DNA of 63,953 nt, the filler included, from Olpidium bornovanus S191 (lineage: Eukaryota > Fungi > Olpidiomycota), in the NCBI GenBank assembly GCA_017911155.1. It is 28 parts of 28 records of this genome, joined end to end, with 100 filler letters (N's around TTAATTAATTAA, not from the genome) between each part and the next. Parts side by side here need not be neighbours in the genome. Positions count along the whole stretch, not along the records: positions 46,877 to 48,674 come from JAEFCI010000995.1; positions 48,775 to 50,265 come from JAEFCI010002872.1; positions 50,366 to 51,868 come from JAEFCI010003389.1; positions 51,969 to 53,119 come from JAEFCI010006149.1; positions 53,220 to 56,107 come from JAEFCI010007885.1; positions 56,208 to 58,667 come from JAEFCI010011216.1; 22 more parts are not named here. One strand, 5' to 3'. The first letter of the stretch is position 1, and every line of letters starts with the position of its first letter. Below, piece by piece: positions 48,673-58,767 of the stretch. The notes beneath the pieces were generated by a model that saw only the letters and a list, made by a program, of their open reading frames with translations, did no database searches and was not told the DNA's origin. A program made the position numbers and the translations under genes.

Positions 48673-49661
48673 CCNNNNNNNNNNNNNNNNNNNNNNNNNN
48701 NNNNNNNNNNNNNNNNNNTTAATTAATTAANNNNNNNNNNNNNNNNNNNNNNNNNNNNNNNNNNNNNNNNNNNNAGGCGGTACCAATTCCAATTTCAGAG
48801 AGCGGAAGGCAGCGGTGGTTTCGCCAGCGCCCCCCCTCCCCCGCCCCCCTTCCCGGTTTGTCTCGGACGCATCCCCGGAAAGGGACGGGGGGGGGGAGGG
48901 GGGGGGGGGGGGAAGGGCAGGGGGGGGGGGGGGGGGCCCCGGGCGGGGGGGGGGGGGGGGGGGGAGGGCCGCGCGAGCTGCCTTTTTCGGCAAAAGACGC
49001 TTTCGTTCCCACAATTGGGTCTCGAGCCGCTTTCCTGCGGAGAGAGTGAAAGAGAGGAGATGGAAGAAAGAGAGAGAGACGGCAAACATGCGGAATGATC
49101 ACGAAAGGCTTTTCCCTCTTCGAAGGGCCGTGTGCTCGCAAAAATGTCAGAACCGCCCGCGGTCCCCTCCTCCCCTATCCCCCCCACCGCGCGGCGACAT
49201 GTTGGAGAGGGCTCGCCGCCGTCTTTCCTTTTTTTTTTTTTTTTTTTTTGTTCTTTTCCTCCCGCCGAGATTATCCCGTCAGCGGCCCGGGAATATCCTT
49301 TTGCCAGGCGTCGGGCGACGCGAGAAAAAGAGAGAGAGAGGTTTCTATGGTTTTGCCAAAGGACGCAACGTGGCCTCCCCGGTTTTGCGGCCCCCCGATA
49401 TGACGCAGACGGACGAAAAAAATTTTTTCGGCCGGCAGTTTTTTTTTTTTTTTTTCCGCACAAATGCGGGGTTTTGCAGCCGACATCCCGAAAACGTGCG
49501 CAACAACCTTTTGCGGGAGGAATCTTTATATCGCGCGACGGCCCATTTTCTTTTTTGTTCTTTTTTTTTTTTTTTTTTTTTTCAGCGCGCGGTGAATGGC
49601 ACTGTGGAAACCCCGTTCCCGTCAGCAGGACGAGCGGATGTCCGAAGGGCGCGTGCGTCTT

Positions 49662-49692
<31 letters not shown>

Positions 49693-50528
49693 GGTGTTGC
49701 CGGACCCGTTTTGTGGCTCTCACCCCGCGTCCACAAATGGGGTTGGGGACAAGGGGGAGGACGGGGGGAAGCAAGGTTGCAAACTTAGGTCTTTTAGCGC
49801 CAGATTTCAGAGTCTGAATTTCCGGTTTCGATCCGAGTCGGATTTTTGGGATGCCGTGGGAAGAAAGGGTCGATGCATCGTGATAGAGTGTTTCTTGGAC
49901 GCGACCGGTACAGGATAACCAACATCGTGTTCTCGGAAGAACCATCAGAACCTCCTTCTCTTTTTTCTTATTCGCCCATTTCTGTCACAATGAAAGTATG
50001 TACATTACATGACGTAAGGATTGTGCCGACCCGCTTCTAAACAAAGATGATCCGCGACTTCGCAAGATGCACGCAGAAGTATTTGATTTACTCCGCCCGC
50101 AAAAGAGTTCTCGGACATGAGCCTAGCGGGTGGGAAATAAACCACATGATTCTACGGCATCTGTTGAAAGTTCGGAAGGCAAAGTCTCTTAACGATTACT
50201 ACAGAGTTGAGGGCATCCAGTTTCTCCGACCGAATCCAGAGACGGCATCCAGCCAAACGCGATACNNNNNNNNNNNNNNNNNNNNNNNNNNNNNNNNNNN
50301 NNNNNNNNNTTAATTAATTAANNNNNNNNNNNNNNNNNNNNNNNNNNNNNNNNNNNNNNNNNNNNCATGCTATCGGTCAGACAAAATCGCAATAAACCGC
50401 CGGCCCGCGAGGACGAAAGCCCTTCGCGCGGATCACCCTAGGCGTCCGGCGCCTCCTTCCCCTCACACCCCCCCCAAAAACCAGAAAACACGACCGTGCG
50501 CGCAGCAAAAGAAAGAGAGCGGGCTCAC

Positions 50529-51277
50529 CCTTGAAGTTGTTGTTGGGAACGGGGACGTAGGAAACGTAAGAGTAGAGCTTCTCCTTGGCATCCTCGTCGT
50601 CGTTGCGCTTCCGGTCGATGCGGACGCGGATGCGGTGCGGGACGTTCCTGATGCCGCGGGCCCACAAGCGCTGGTTCAGGACGGGGTCGAGGCGGACGTC
50701 CTTGGTGCCCATCGCCTTGGTAGCAAACTCCCGGATGCACTTGACGGCGTGCGGAGTGCGCTTCTTGAAGGAGCTGGGAGCGCCGAACAGACGACAAGAG
50801 CACGGGATTTCGATTCAAAAACCTTTGAGACAAATGAACTTTTCGCGCGGCGCTCCGCGCTTCGTAACGACGAGACCAGCCCCTCGTTCTTTCTTCCTTT
50901 TGACCCGTAAGCTCCGTCAGGTCCTACAACGCGCGCGTTGCCGTGTGCCGGGGACCCTCCCGCCGGCGGCGCGCTCCGCAGTTCTGGAAACACGGGCCTT
51001 TCAACCACCCCCCACGAGCACCACCGACCGCCGTTGTCCCCCTTTCCGCCAAAACCGTCGAAACCAAGAACACCTTTGTCGGTAGAATTGGAGCCGCTTT
51101 TGTTTTTTTTTTTTTGGTCCCGCTCGGTCTTCTCTTTCCTCTGAACCGGGTGTTTCCCCGGCAGGCTTATTCTTTCACTTCGACTCACCGGCCGTGCACT
51201 CGCTTGTGCAGGTGGATGGTGTACTCGCGGGACACGACGTCGGCGATCGCCGAACGCGCCTTCTTCTCCTTCACCAT
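50529..51277 (-). CDS. RPL31: 60S ribosomal protein L31 (eL31), last exon missing
   Basis: Exons 51277-51189 and 50773-50529 give [83 protein letters not shown]. Confidence 0.97.
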
Positions 51278-51993
51278 TCTGGAACGCCTGTTCCCGGGAG
51301 AGAAACCAAAACAAAAGAAGGGGGGGGGGGATTCAGACATTTATTCACGCAAAAACTGGAGAAACGGAGAGGGCGGGGCCGCGTTCCGCCTACTAAAACC
51401 GCCGGACGGGCGAACAACGCCTGCGCCCCGTCCAAAGGCGGACAGGCGGCGCGAGAGCGCGGGAGCGGTCGGGATGCTAGTCAAGGGGAAGGCGGGGCGG
51501 GGGCCGGTCCGGCCGACGACGCACTTTGTTTTCCTTGTTTTCCTTTTTTTTTTCGTTGCAAGGGGCGCGGTGGTTTTGCGGGTCGAGCGGGTTCTCAGGG
51601 GACGAAGGTTTTTGTTTAGGAAAAAAAGAACGGTCACGTGACTTTCGGCGAAGATTTCCAGCACCCTCGGCTGCGCGCACTGCCTCGCCTCTCAAAGGCG
51701 GCTGCCCCGGGGACAAAGGCGGCACAGCGGTCGCCTCCGCTCGCGAAACGCTCCCCCGGAAGCGCTTTCGCGTGTTTCACGCTGCGCTTTCGGCTGCCCT
51801 TCTGCCGCCCGAATGATCGGCGATCAGCGCGCGCGCCGCGGCTCTCCCGTTCTGCAAATTGCGCCATGNNNNNNNNNNNNNNNNNNNNNNNNNNNNNNNN
51901 NNNNNNNNNNNNTTAATTAATTAANNNNNNNNNNNNNNNNNNNNNNNNNNNNNNNNNNNNNNNNNNNNCGCCCCCCCCCCCCCCCCCCCCCCT

Positions 51994-52032
<39 letters not shown>

Positions 52033-52401
52033 TCCGTTCCCCGCCGCTCGACGGGGCGGGACACCGTGACAACCCCCCTCCACCCGCCCCCCGGCGGCAA
52101 GATCCGGTCCTCCGACAACTCGGCGGGTCGGCGGGATGCCCGATCCCGTAAATTCGCCCGAGTAATCCCCGCCAGATTCGCCCGCACACACGCGTGTGCG
52201 CGCTACACACGCAGACGCACATCCCACTCAAAACAAACAGTAAAAAAAAAAACACAAAAGAAAATTCGCCGTGAAGAGAGAGAAAACACGACGGTCAAAA
52301 TCAACGGAGCTCGCGCCGCCCGGACCCGGCCGCGGAGCCTTCGGCACGTGCCTTTTGATTTCGCAGAGTGCGACACAGACTTTTGCACCTGCAAGCTTGG
52401 G

Positions 52402-52473
52402 CTGGCAAGGGGCTTGGCATCAAGATCGCTCGGTCTGGCAAGGGGCTTGGCATCAAGATCGCTCGGTCTGGCA
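52402..52473. repeat. 33-bp tandem repeat x2.2
   Basis: CTGGCAAGGGGCTTGGCATCAAGATCGCTCGGT repeated exactly. Confidence 0.9.
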
Positions 52474-53023
52474 TTTCTCCTATCAGCAAGACGCGGTCCC
52501 GAGCTGGAGTCCTCGGGTGAGCCTGATCTCGCTGCCGAGCGCCCCCGCGTGTTTGCCAAGAACCCCGCGGCTTGAAAACGCACCCGGCAACCCGGGTGCT
52601 TCGGTGACACACTTCCTTTCCCTCCCGCCCACCCCAAAAACCGGGATTAATCAGGAACCCGCTTTGCGGCCGGAAACTTCAGAGAGGGCCGCCCCCCGAT
52701 CTGACCTGACCGGCGGTTTTCCTTCCGAGTTCGGAGTAATCCTCGGCGGCGGCGCCGTTTTTGTTCATCGACGCGCGTATTTCTCTTTCTTTTTCTTTTT
52801 TTTTTTTTTTTTTTTGTTGTTGTCGCCCCGCGCGATTGACCGACAAAATGCGGACGACATCTAAACACCCTTTCCCACGACGTCTTTCGTTCTCGTCTCT
52901 CTTCTCTCGCGCGCGCCCACGTCCGGGGGGGACGTTTTCAACCCTCCCGGCCCGTTCCGCCTCGCCTCTCCTCTTCCCCATCTCTCGTCCACTCTCCCGC
53001 CTTCCCCTTTCCCTCCCTCCTCC

Positions 53024-53064
<41 letters not shown>

Positions 53065-53219
53065 TTTTTTTTTTTTTTTTTTTTTTGGTGTGGGGGGGGG
53101 GGGGGGGGGGCCCGCCGGCNNNNNNNNNNNNNNNNNNNNNNNNNNNNNNNNNNNNNNNNNNNNTTAATTAATTAANNNNNNNNNNNNNNNNNNNNNNNNN
53201 NNNNNNNNNNNNNNNNNNN

Positions 53220-53262
<43 letters not shown>

Positions 53263-54529
53263 GGCGGAAGGGTTGGAGTGCTCGAAAAAAAAAATTCCAC
53301 CGTCAGAAAAAGAAACGGGGCGGGAAAAAAAAAAAAAAGAACCTCGCGCTTTCCTGCTCCGGCCGGGCCACGGCGAAACGGCCCCTCCTCTCCCCCCCCC
53401 CTCCTCCTTCCGCGGCCTCCGCTTCTTTCATTCGCCGGCGCGCCGCGCTCCCGTTCCCCGGAAACCCCGCGGGGTGCGGGCAGGCCCGATCGCCCGCCCT
53501 CCCCCCCCCCCCCCTTTCCCCGGGCCCCCCCCCCCCCCTCGTCGTCAGAGCCTGGACCGCAATCATCGCGGTAGCCGCAGAGGGCGTGCAAACGCTTCGT
53601 AGAATTTGCTGAATAAGTCCGCCTCGACAAAATCTCGAAAGTCCTGTTCTTCGGTGAGAAGAGGCGGGGACGCCAGTTCCCCCTTTTCCGTCCCTGCATT
53701 CCCCCCCCAGCAAACACCCCGCCAGCGTGTACCCCCCTGAACCTTGTTCTTCGCGTGTCTTCCTGCTAAGCGCGCAGTCATTTTCCGTCCCACGACGCGA
53801 ACCGGTGCCGGGTTCGTCGGCGGCAAGTCAGCAGCCACAGGGGTTCGCCGCGCAGAGGCACGGCGTGTCGCCCAGGCCGCAGAAGCCCGCGTGACCAGGG
53901 CCCACCACCTGCGTCGCTCGCGTCCGGAACCTGGTGTCCACCTCCAACACCATGACCGCGGTACAAGATTTTGACGTTCTGCAAACGCCCGCAGTTCACA
54001 GAAACGTTACGAAAAGCCTTCCTACGTCTTTCTCGCCCAATTCGGCTCCGGCTTCGCCGCACAACGCGGGTACGTGCTCCTTCAAAGTGTAGGAATTAGA
54101 CTTTAAACCTGCGAGCTCGCTTACAATCCTTGGTGCCGTTCGAGCCGGACTACAGATTGGGGAGGTTCTCTGAAGCCGGGAACCGAACAGTCGTACCGAG
54201 ATATGCATGCCGTGCTATCTCGCTTTTGCGAACAAAGGGCCTAACACGAATGTTGTCTTTATCGTTCTCCTTCCCCCACCTCTTACTTGCCGCCACACTT
54301 TTTTGCGGGAGTTCACTAGAACATCCTTTGCTTCCACAAGCGGAAGGTCTAAGCCCCTATAGGATCAAGGTAATGTCCACCACTTGACAAACTCGCATTA
54401 TCCGACTTCTGCCAAGAACGAGGCTAACACTCCGTTTATGGCCAATCTCAGTTGGCCCATCCGCAGGTGCGCCGCCCGAAATCAAATTCCAGTCGCTTCA
54501 ATAAACAAATTGGTGGCTCAGCCATGGAG

Positions 54530-54762
54530 CTTCCAAATTTTTGCAGGCTGTCGCTGACGAATATTTCGAGCGAGAACCAAAGAGTTGGGATGTGGTTGAT
54601 TTTCTGATGAAGTGCTAAGCAACGCTCGGGGATGCGCTGCTTTTCGCCGCCGCAGAGAAGGAATGGTATACCCGCTTCGAAAATCGCATTCGCATTGCCA
54701 TATCTAAATTCAAAGAGATGGACGACACGGAAATGGTAACAGCGGCCAAGCAGGCACTCAAG
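54530..54762 (+). pseudogene. Probable pseudogene fragment with an in-frame stop
   Basis: FLQAVADEYFEREPKSWDVVDFLMKC*ATLGDALL..EWYTRFENRIRIAI..AAKQALK is protein-like and interrupted by a single TAA at 54616-54618. Confidence 0.35.
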
Positions 54763-54835
54763 GTTCGTACTTCAAGTCATTTCCTCCTGCCCACCATTGG
54801 GCATAAACCACTCGGGTGATGTCCGAGTGGGCGAA

Positions 54836-55047
54836 GTCTAGCTTCCAACTGGGCCGCTATGCGGAAATCTGGAAGTTACGGAGGGGTGCCTCTGGCAAAC
54901 TCCGACTTGCGCATTGCCGTGGTGGGCAGTTCTGGTGCGCATTGCAAACGAGCGGATGATGTCCGTCTCGGCCATGGTCTAGCTTCCAACTGGGCCGCCA
55001 TGCGGAAATTTGGAATTGAAAGAGGGGTGCCTCTGGCAAACTCCGAC
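54836..55047 (+). repeat. Direct repeat, 71-bp core with a 141-bp period
   Basis: 54836-54906 vs 54977-55047, 6 mismatches. Confidence 0.9.
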
Positions 55048-55230
55048 CTGGCAAATTTGCGCACCCCTGCCGTTACTTTCAAATTCTCGTGCGTTCGTCT
55101 ATCGTGACTCAACGTGACACACTCTTGTTTTCGATCGAAAGTCCTGGCAGCAGGATTTCTCTAGATTTGCGGCCAAAGCCAAGTACCGCGAGTGGTACAC
55201 CGTTTGGCAGCACAAGCTTTTCCTCGAAGG

Positions 55231-55387
55231 TGTTGAGGGTTTTATGCGTGCCATAGAAAATTAAAACGTTGTATTATACATAGAGTTTACGCGTTATAAG
55301 GGATAAAACTTGTGGGGTTCTAACCAACCGAGGTAAAAGGAAGGTAGGAAGCAGAGCGAAGTTCAAAGTTCAACACTCCCCCTTGAC
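55231..55387 (-). mobile_element. Short (145-bp) 3' LTR plus polypurine tract of a copia-like element
   Basis: 55231-55375 is bounded by the 6-bp inverted repeat TGTTGA...TCAACA. On the minus strand it is immediately preceded by GTCAAGGGGGAG (PPT). Confidence 0.75.
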
Positions 55388-55557
55388 GACATGAGAAAGA
55401 AATGGAGAGTCATCGCAAACAAAATAGAGCGAAGCTAACATTAAGAAATCGGCAGCAAACCTGTCACATACAATGTGTTTGCCAGGGGCGCAAGGCGTCC
55501 ACCATCAGAAATCCAAGGTCACGAGACCTTGGCTGCCAGGGGCACTGTGTGCAAGCA

Positions 55558-55660
55558 CCACACGCATGGGGCAGACCGCCCGCATGGGACGCCCTGCGCT
55601 TAGGGGGTCCCACACGCATGGGGCAGACTGCCCGCATGGGACGCCCCACGCTCAGGGGGT
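55558..55660 (+). repeat. 52-bp tandem repeat x2 next to the LTR
   Basis: CCACACGCATGGGGCAGAC.GCCCGCATGGGACGCCC..CGCT.AGGGGGT occurs at 55558 and 55610. Confidence 0.85.
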
Positions 55661-56015
55661 GAGCCAATACAACGGCATACTCGCACACCAGCGGGCACCC
55701 CCACACCAGGGGCACACCACACACGCGGGCACACCACACACGCAGACACGCCGCGCTCACGCACAGACTCTAACTACGAGCTGTCAAGAGGGCGCGGGCT
55801 AAACGCCGACGCGCCTATAAAAAACCCAGAACCTCGTAGTTCCAGATAGAGCCCCAGAGCCAAAACTCACACCTCGATCCTGATCCTGATCCCGTCCTCG
55901 AACGTTGTCACGGTGCGCGCTCTGGTGGCGTCAAACCCCTCTCGGGCTACGTCAAGCTCTTATCGGGAGTAGCCCGCCAAGCGCAAAGTCACGTGACCTA
56001 GAAATCGCCGAGTTC

Positions 56016-56080
56016 ACTAGACACACCAGTGTGTCTAGTCGCGACATCACGTGACCTCCAGCGACATCACGTGACCTCCA
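56016..56080. repeat. 24-bp hairpin plus a perfect 20-bp tandem duplication
   Basis: ACTAGACACAC-CA-GTGTGTCTAGT (56016-56039); GCGACATCACGTGACCTCCA x2 (56041-56080). Confidence 0.9.
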
Positions 56081-56207
56081 AATCAAGACCTAGACCAAGA
56101 CCGAGACNNNNNNNNNNNNNNNNNNNNNNNNNNNNNNNNNNNNNNNNNNNNTTAATTAATTAANNNNNNNNNNNNNNNNNNNNNNNNNNNNNNNNNNNNN
56201 NNNNNNN

Positions 56208-57493
56208 CGGTGGCGCCACCACTGCCAGATGTGGTCTACGCAGCCGGACCGGCGCCCCGGCGTGCGTTGTCGCCAGAGGAGAATGAAGAGCGGATTGCTG
56301 CTCACGTCTTGGAGATGCAAGCAAGAAGTGCCGGACGGAAGATATTGCCCTACTATCAACGGCCGGGTTTTCTCCAGTCCATTGTCGACACGGAGGCTGG
56401 GGGCGGTGACGGCGTGACCATGGCGACCATAGCTGGGCTCCCGGTAAGAACACCGGTGCCGGAGACGCCGTGGGGGAGTCTGGCAGCCAGTGTCGCGCCT
56501 GGGACTAAGGAGGGCGAAGCGGAATTCACGACAAGGCAGGGCCCGCGAGAGGGCGAGGAGGAGGCGGGACAGGCACAAGAGCCTTCGACAGGAACATCGA
56601 CGGAAGGGCAGACGGCAGGACCGCCTAAAGAAGCCGCTTCGCTTTCCGCGGCTGGCAGGAGCATTTCCGGGGTGAATAAAGGCAAGGCCGCCACTACGAG
56701 ATCGAAGCGGGCATCGACGGCAATGGAGATACGCGGCGCTCGGCGCGCAAGGGCTGGCCTATCAGGGGGCGCGGAAAAAGGGTTGCGGCGATCGGCGCGG
56801 GTGGCCTCCACGGTAGCGCAAGAATCCGACGACGATTCGGCGGACCTGGAATGGGGGGAGACAAACAATTTCGGGCGGGAGAGCCCCACCGCCACCAGCT
56901 CCAGCGAGGGCGAAGATGCTGACGGAAGGGGTTCGACTAACGAGCCATGCTCGGCAGTCGCGCGAAGGAGGGGTCCAGGGGCGCGAGCGCGAGCACCCTT
57001 GCAGCCTCCTCCGCAAACACGAGCAGATTTGGGCGCGCCCAGAGTCGCGGACCGAGCCGCTTGGAATGCCCCTACACGGCCGCTCTGCGAGTTGTCCTCG
57101 TGGAATCATGACCAGTTGGCGATGCTCAAGCGTTCGGAGCGTCGTCACTGGTCTGCTTTGCTGACGTTGACTCTGGAGGCGGAAAGAGGAGAGTTGGCGG
57201 ATGGGTGGTTGGGCCGTGTGGAAATGGCCGCCTTGCTTGGCTGCCTTTTAGGCATTGCGATCCTTTTTTTTCTCTCGTTCTTTTCATCGTCCATCAGTCG
57301 CGCGCACACCTTGTGCCTTGCTTCTTTTGCGACATTGCTTGTAGCGCTTGTAGAGGGTCTACCTTCCTTCCTGTTTTTTTCTCTTTCCTTCCATTTTCTT
57401 TTCTCTCTCCCTTTCTTCTTTCTCCTGGCGGGCCGTTGGCCACGTCAGGAGAGGGGGGGGGTTGTCGGAGAAATACCGGTGCCCCCCTTTTAG
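56208..57493 (+). CDS. Long open frame of unknown function (may be transposon-associated)
   Basis: Uninterrupted frame of about 427 codons, mostly disordered. The hydrophobic tail coincides with T-rich low-complexity DNA. Confidence 0.3.
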
Positions 57494-57770
57494 TCACGTG
57501 TGCGTGTTGCGCATCGAAAATTCCGTTGATCGCACGGTGAATAGCGAAAAAGACCCCCCCCCGACCACCACCGAAGATAATAATAATAACAAACGAGGAG
57601 AGAAGATCAGTCCCTGGTTTTTTTCCGGACGCCTTGCGACTGCGGCAGGCCATGACAGACTGTCGGCGCGATCCTTGGACCGGGACGAAACGACGGTGCT
57701 CGGCATCTTTGAGGTCAGTTCGGTGCGCGTCGACGAAACGTTCGTAGAGGTCGTCGAAGGCAAGTACGGT
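57467..57770 (+). repeat. Dispersed repeat, copy 2 (homologous to 21425-21701), truncated by an LTR insertion
   Basis: Same two conserved blocks as copy 1. It abuts the LTR at 57782. Confidence 0.85.
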
Positions 57771-57781
57771 TCCGCGCCAAG

Positions 57782-58191
57782 TGTCGTGTACCTCCTCTCA
57801 CTCCCTCAGGGAAGAATCCCCCCGCCGCGAGAGCACCACCACGCAGCAAGGGCCCCCGCCATCCCGTCTCCCCTGCCATCCCTACCGAGAGGGGCTTGTA
57901 CTCTCGATACCGGTCGTGGATTGTACGTACGACACCCCCCCTCAAGCTGAACTGTCATCGGAGAAGGAAAGAAAGCTTGCACGGAAGGGGAAAAAAAATT
58001 GGGTAGACAGAAAGAAAGAAAAATATGGCGGTTGCCTTGGGCTTTCAGCCGTCTTCGACGTCTTGGCAGGAACCCCTTCCTCGACTCGGCGCGTGGGGAG
58101 CTTCTCAAACGTTTATTTGGTCGCGCCAGGCGAGGAATGCGGGGGTGCGAAGTCCCTTGGTGAAGCCGTCGGCGAGATTCTCTGCCGACAC
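57782..58191 (-). mobile_element. Copia element A: RNase H C-terminus, PPT and 153-bp 3' LTR
   Basis: Minus strand: VSAENLADGFTKGLRTPAFLAWRDQINV* (58191-58105); PPT TTGAGGGGGGG (57945-57935); LTR 57934-57782 with TGTCGT...ACGACA inverted ends. Confidence 0.85.
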
Positions 58192-58667
58192 TGTTGGCTT
58201 TTGTGGTTTTCGCCTCTGTGAGAGAAGGCAGTTTATTGGGAGATTTACGCGTTATAGTACAGATAACATTCAGGGGTTCCGAGGAGGCCTCCGGATTCTC
58301 ATATGTGAGCCTGGAGAGGAGAAAGGCTGAGAGAAGAAATACACTCAGAAAACCTTGGTTTTGCCAATCCCTTTGTAAATACGTCCGCAACATTCTGGCT
58401 GGTCCTAACTGGACGGACGATGACAGTTCCCAGCTTGACTTGTTCACGGACAAATAGGTGCTTAACTGAGATATGCTTTGAACGACTGCCGACACGATGC
58501 AAGTTTGATGCTAGCTCAACGGCTCCTTGATTGTCGACAAACAGAGTGATGCTTCTAAAGGACCATTGGTGAATTCTGCCAGAATGAATCGTAGCCAGAC
58601 GAGCTCCTGTGCTGCTGCAGATGCTGCGACGAGCTCGGCTTCAGTCAAAGACAGTGTGATGCAAGGC
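58192..58667 (-). mobile_element. Copia element B: RNase H end and a candidate short LTR
   Basis: LFVDNQGAVELASN..RSKHISVKHLFVREQV..RTSQNVADVFTKGL..* (stop 58299-58301), the classic Ty1/copia RNase H end. The downstream segment with TATAA and AATAAA ends in CCAACA at 58192. Confidence 0.9.
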
Positions 58668-58767
58668 NNNNNNNNNNNNNNNNNNNNNNNNNNNNNNNNN
58701 NNNNNNNNNNNTTAATTAATTAANNNNNNNNNNNNNNNNNNNNNNNNNNNNNNNNNNNNNNNNNNNN

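Noticed and set aside
49790-49850. tRNA-like stretch (AGCGCCAGATTTCAGAGTCTGA...GTTTCGATCC) with an apparent UCA anticodon
   Set aside because: No D-arm or acceptor stem, a bulged anticodon stem, and the T-loop lacks TTC at the right position. tRNAscan-SE would settle it.
57765-57781. TGGCGCGG after the LTR at 57782 (minus strand) as a primer-binding site
   Set aside because: That LTR is preceded by a PPT, so it is a 3' LTR. The flank is continuous with the dispersed repeat, and no matching tRNA 3' end could be identified.
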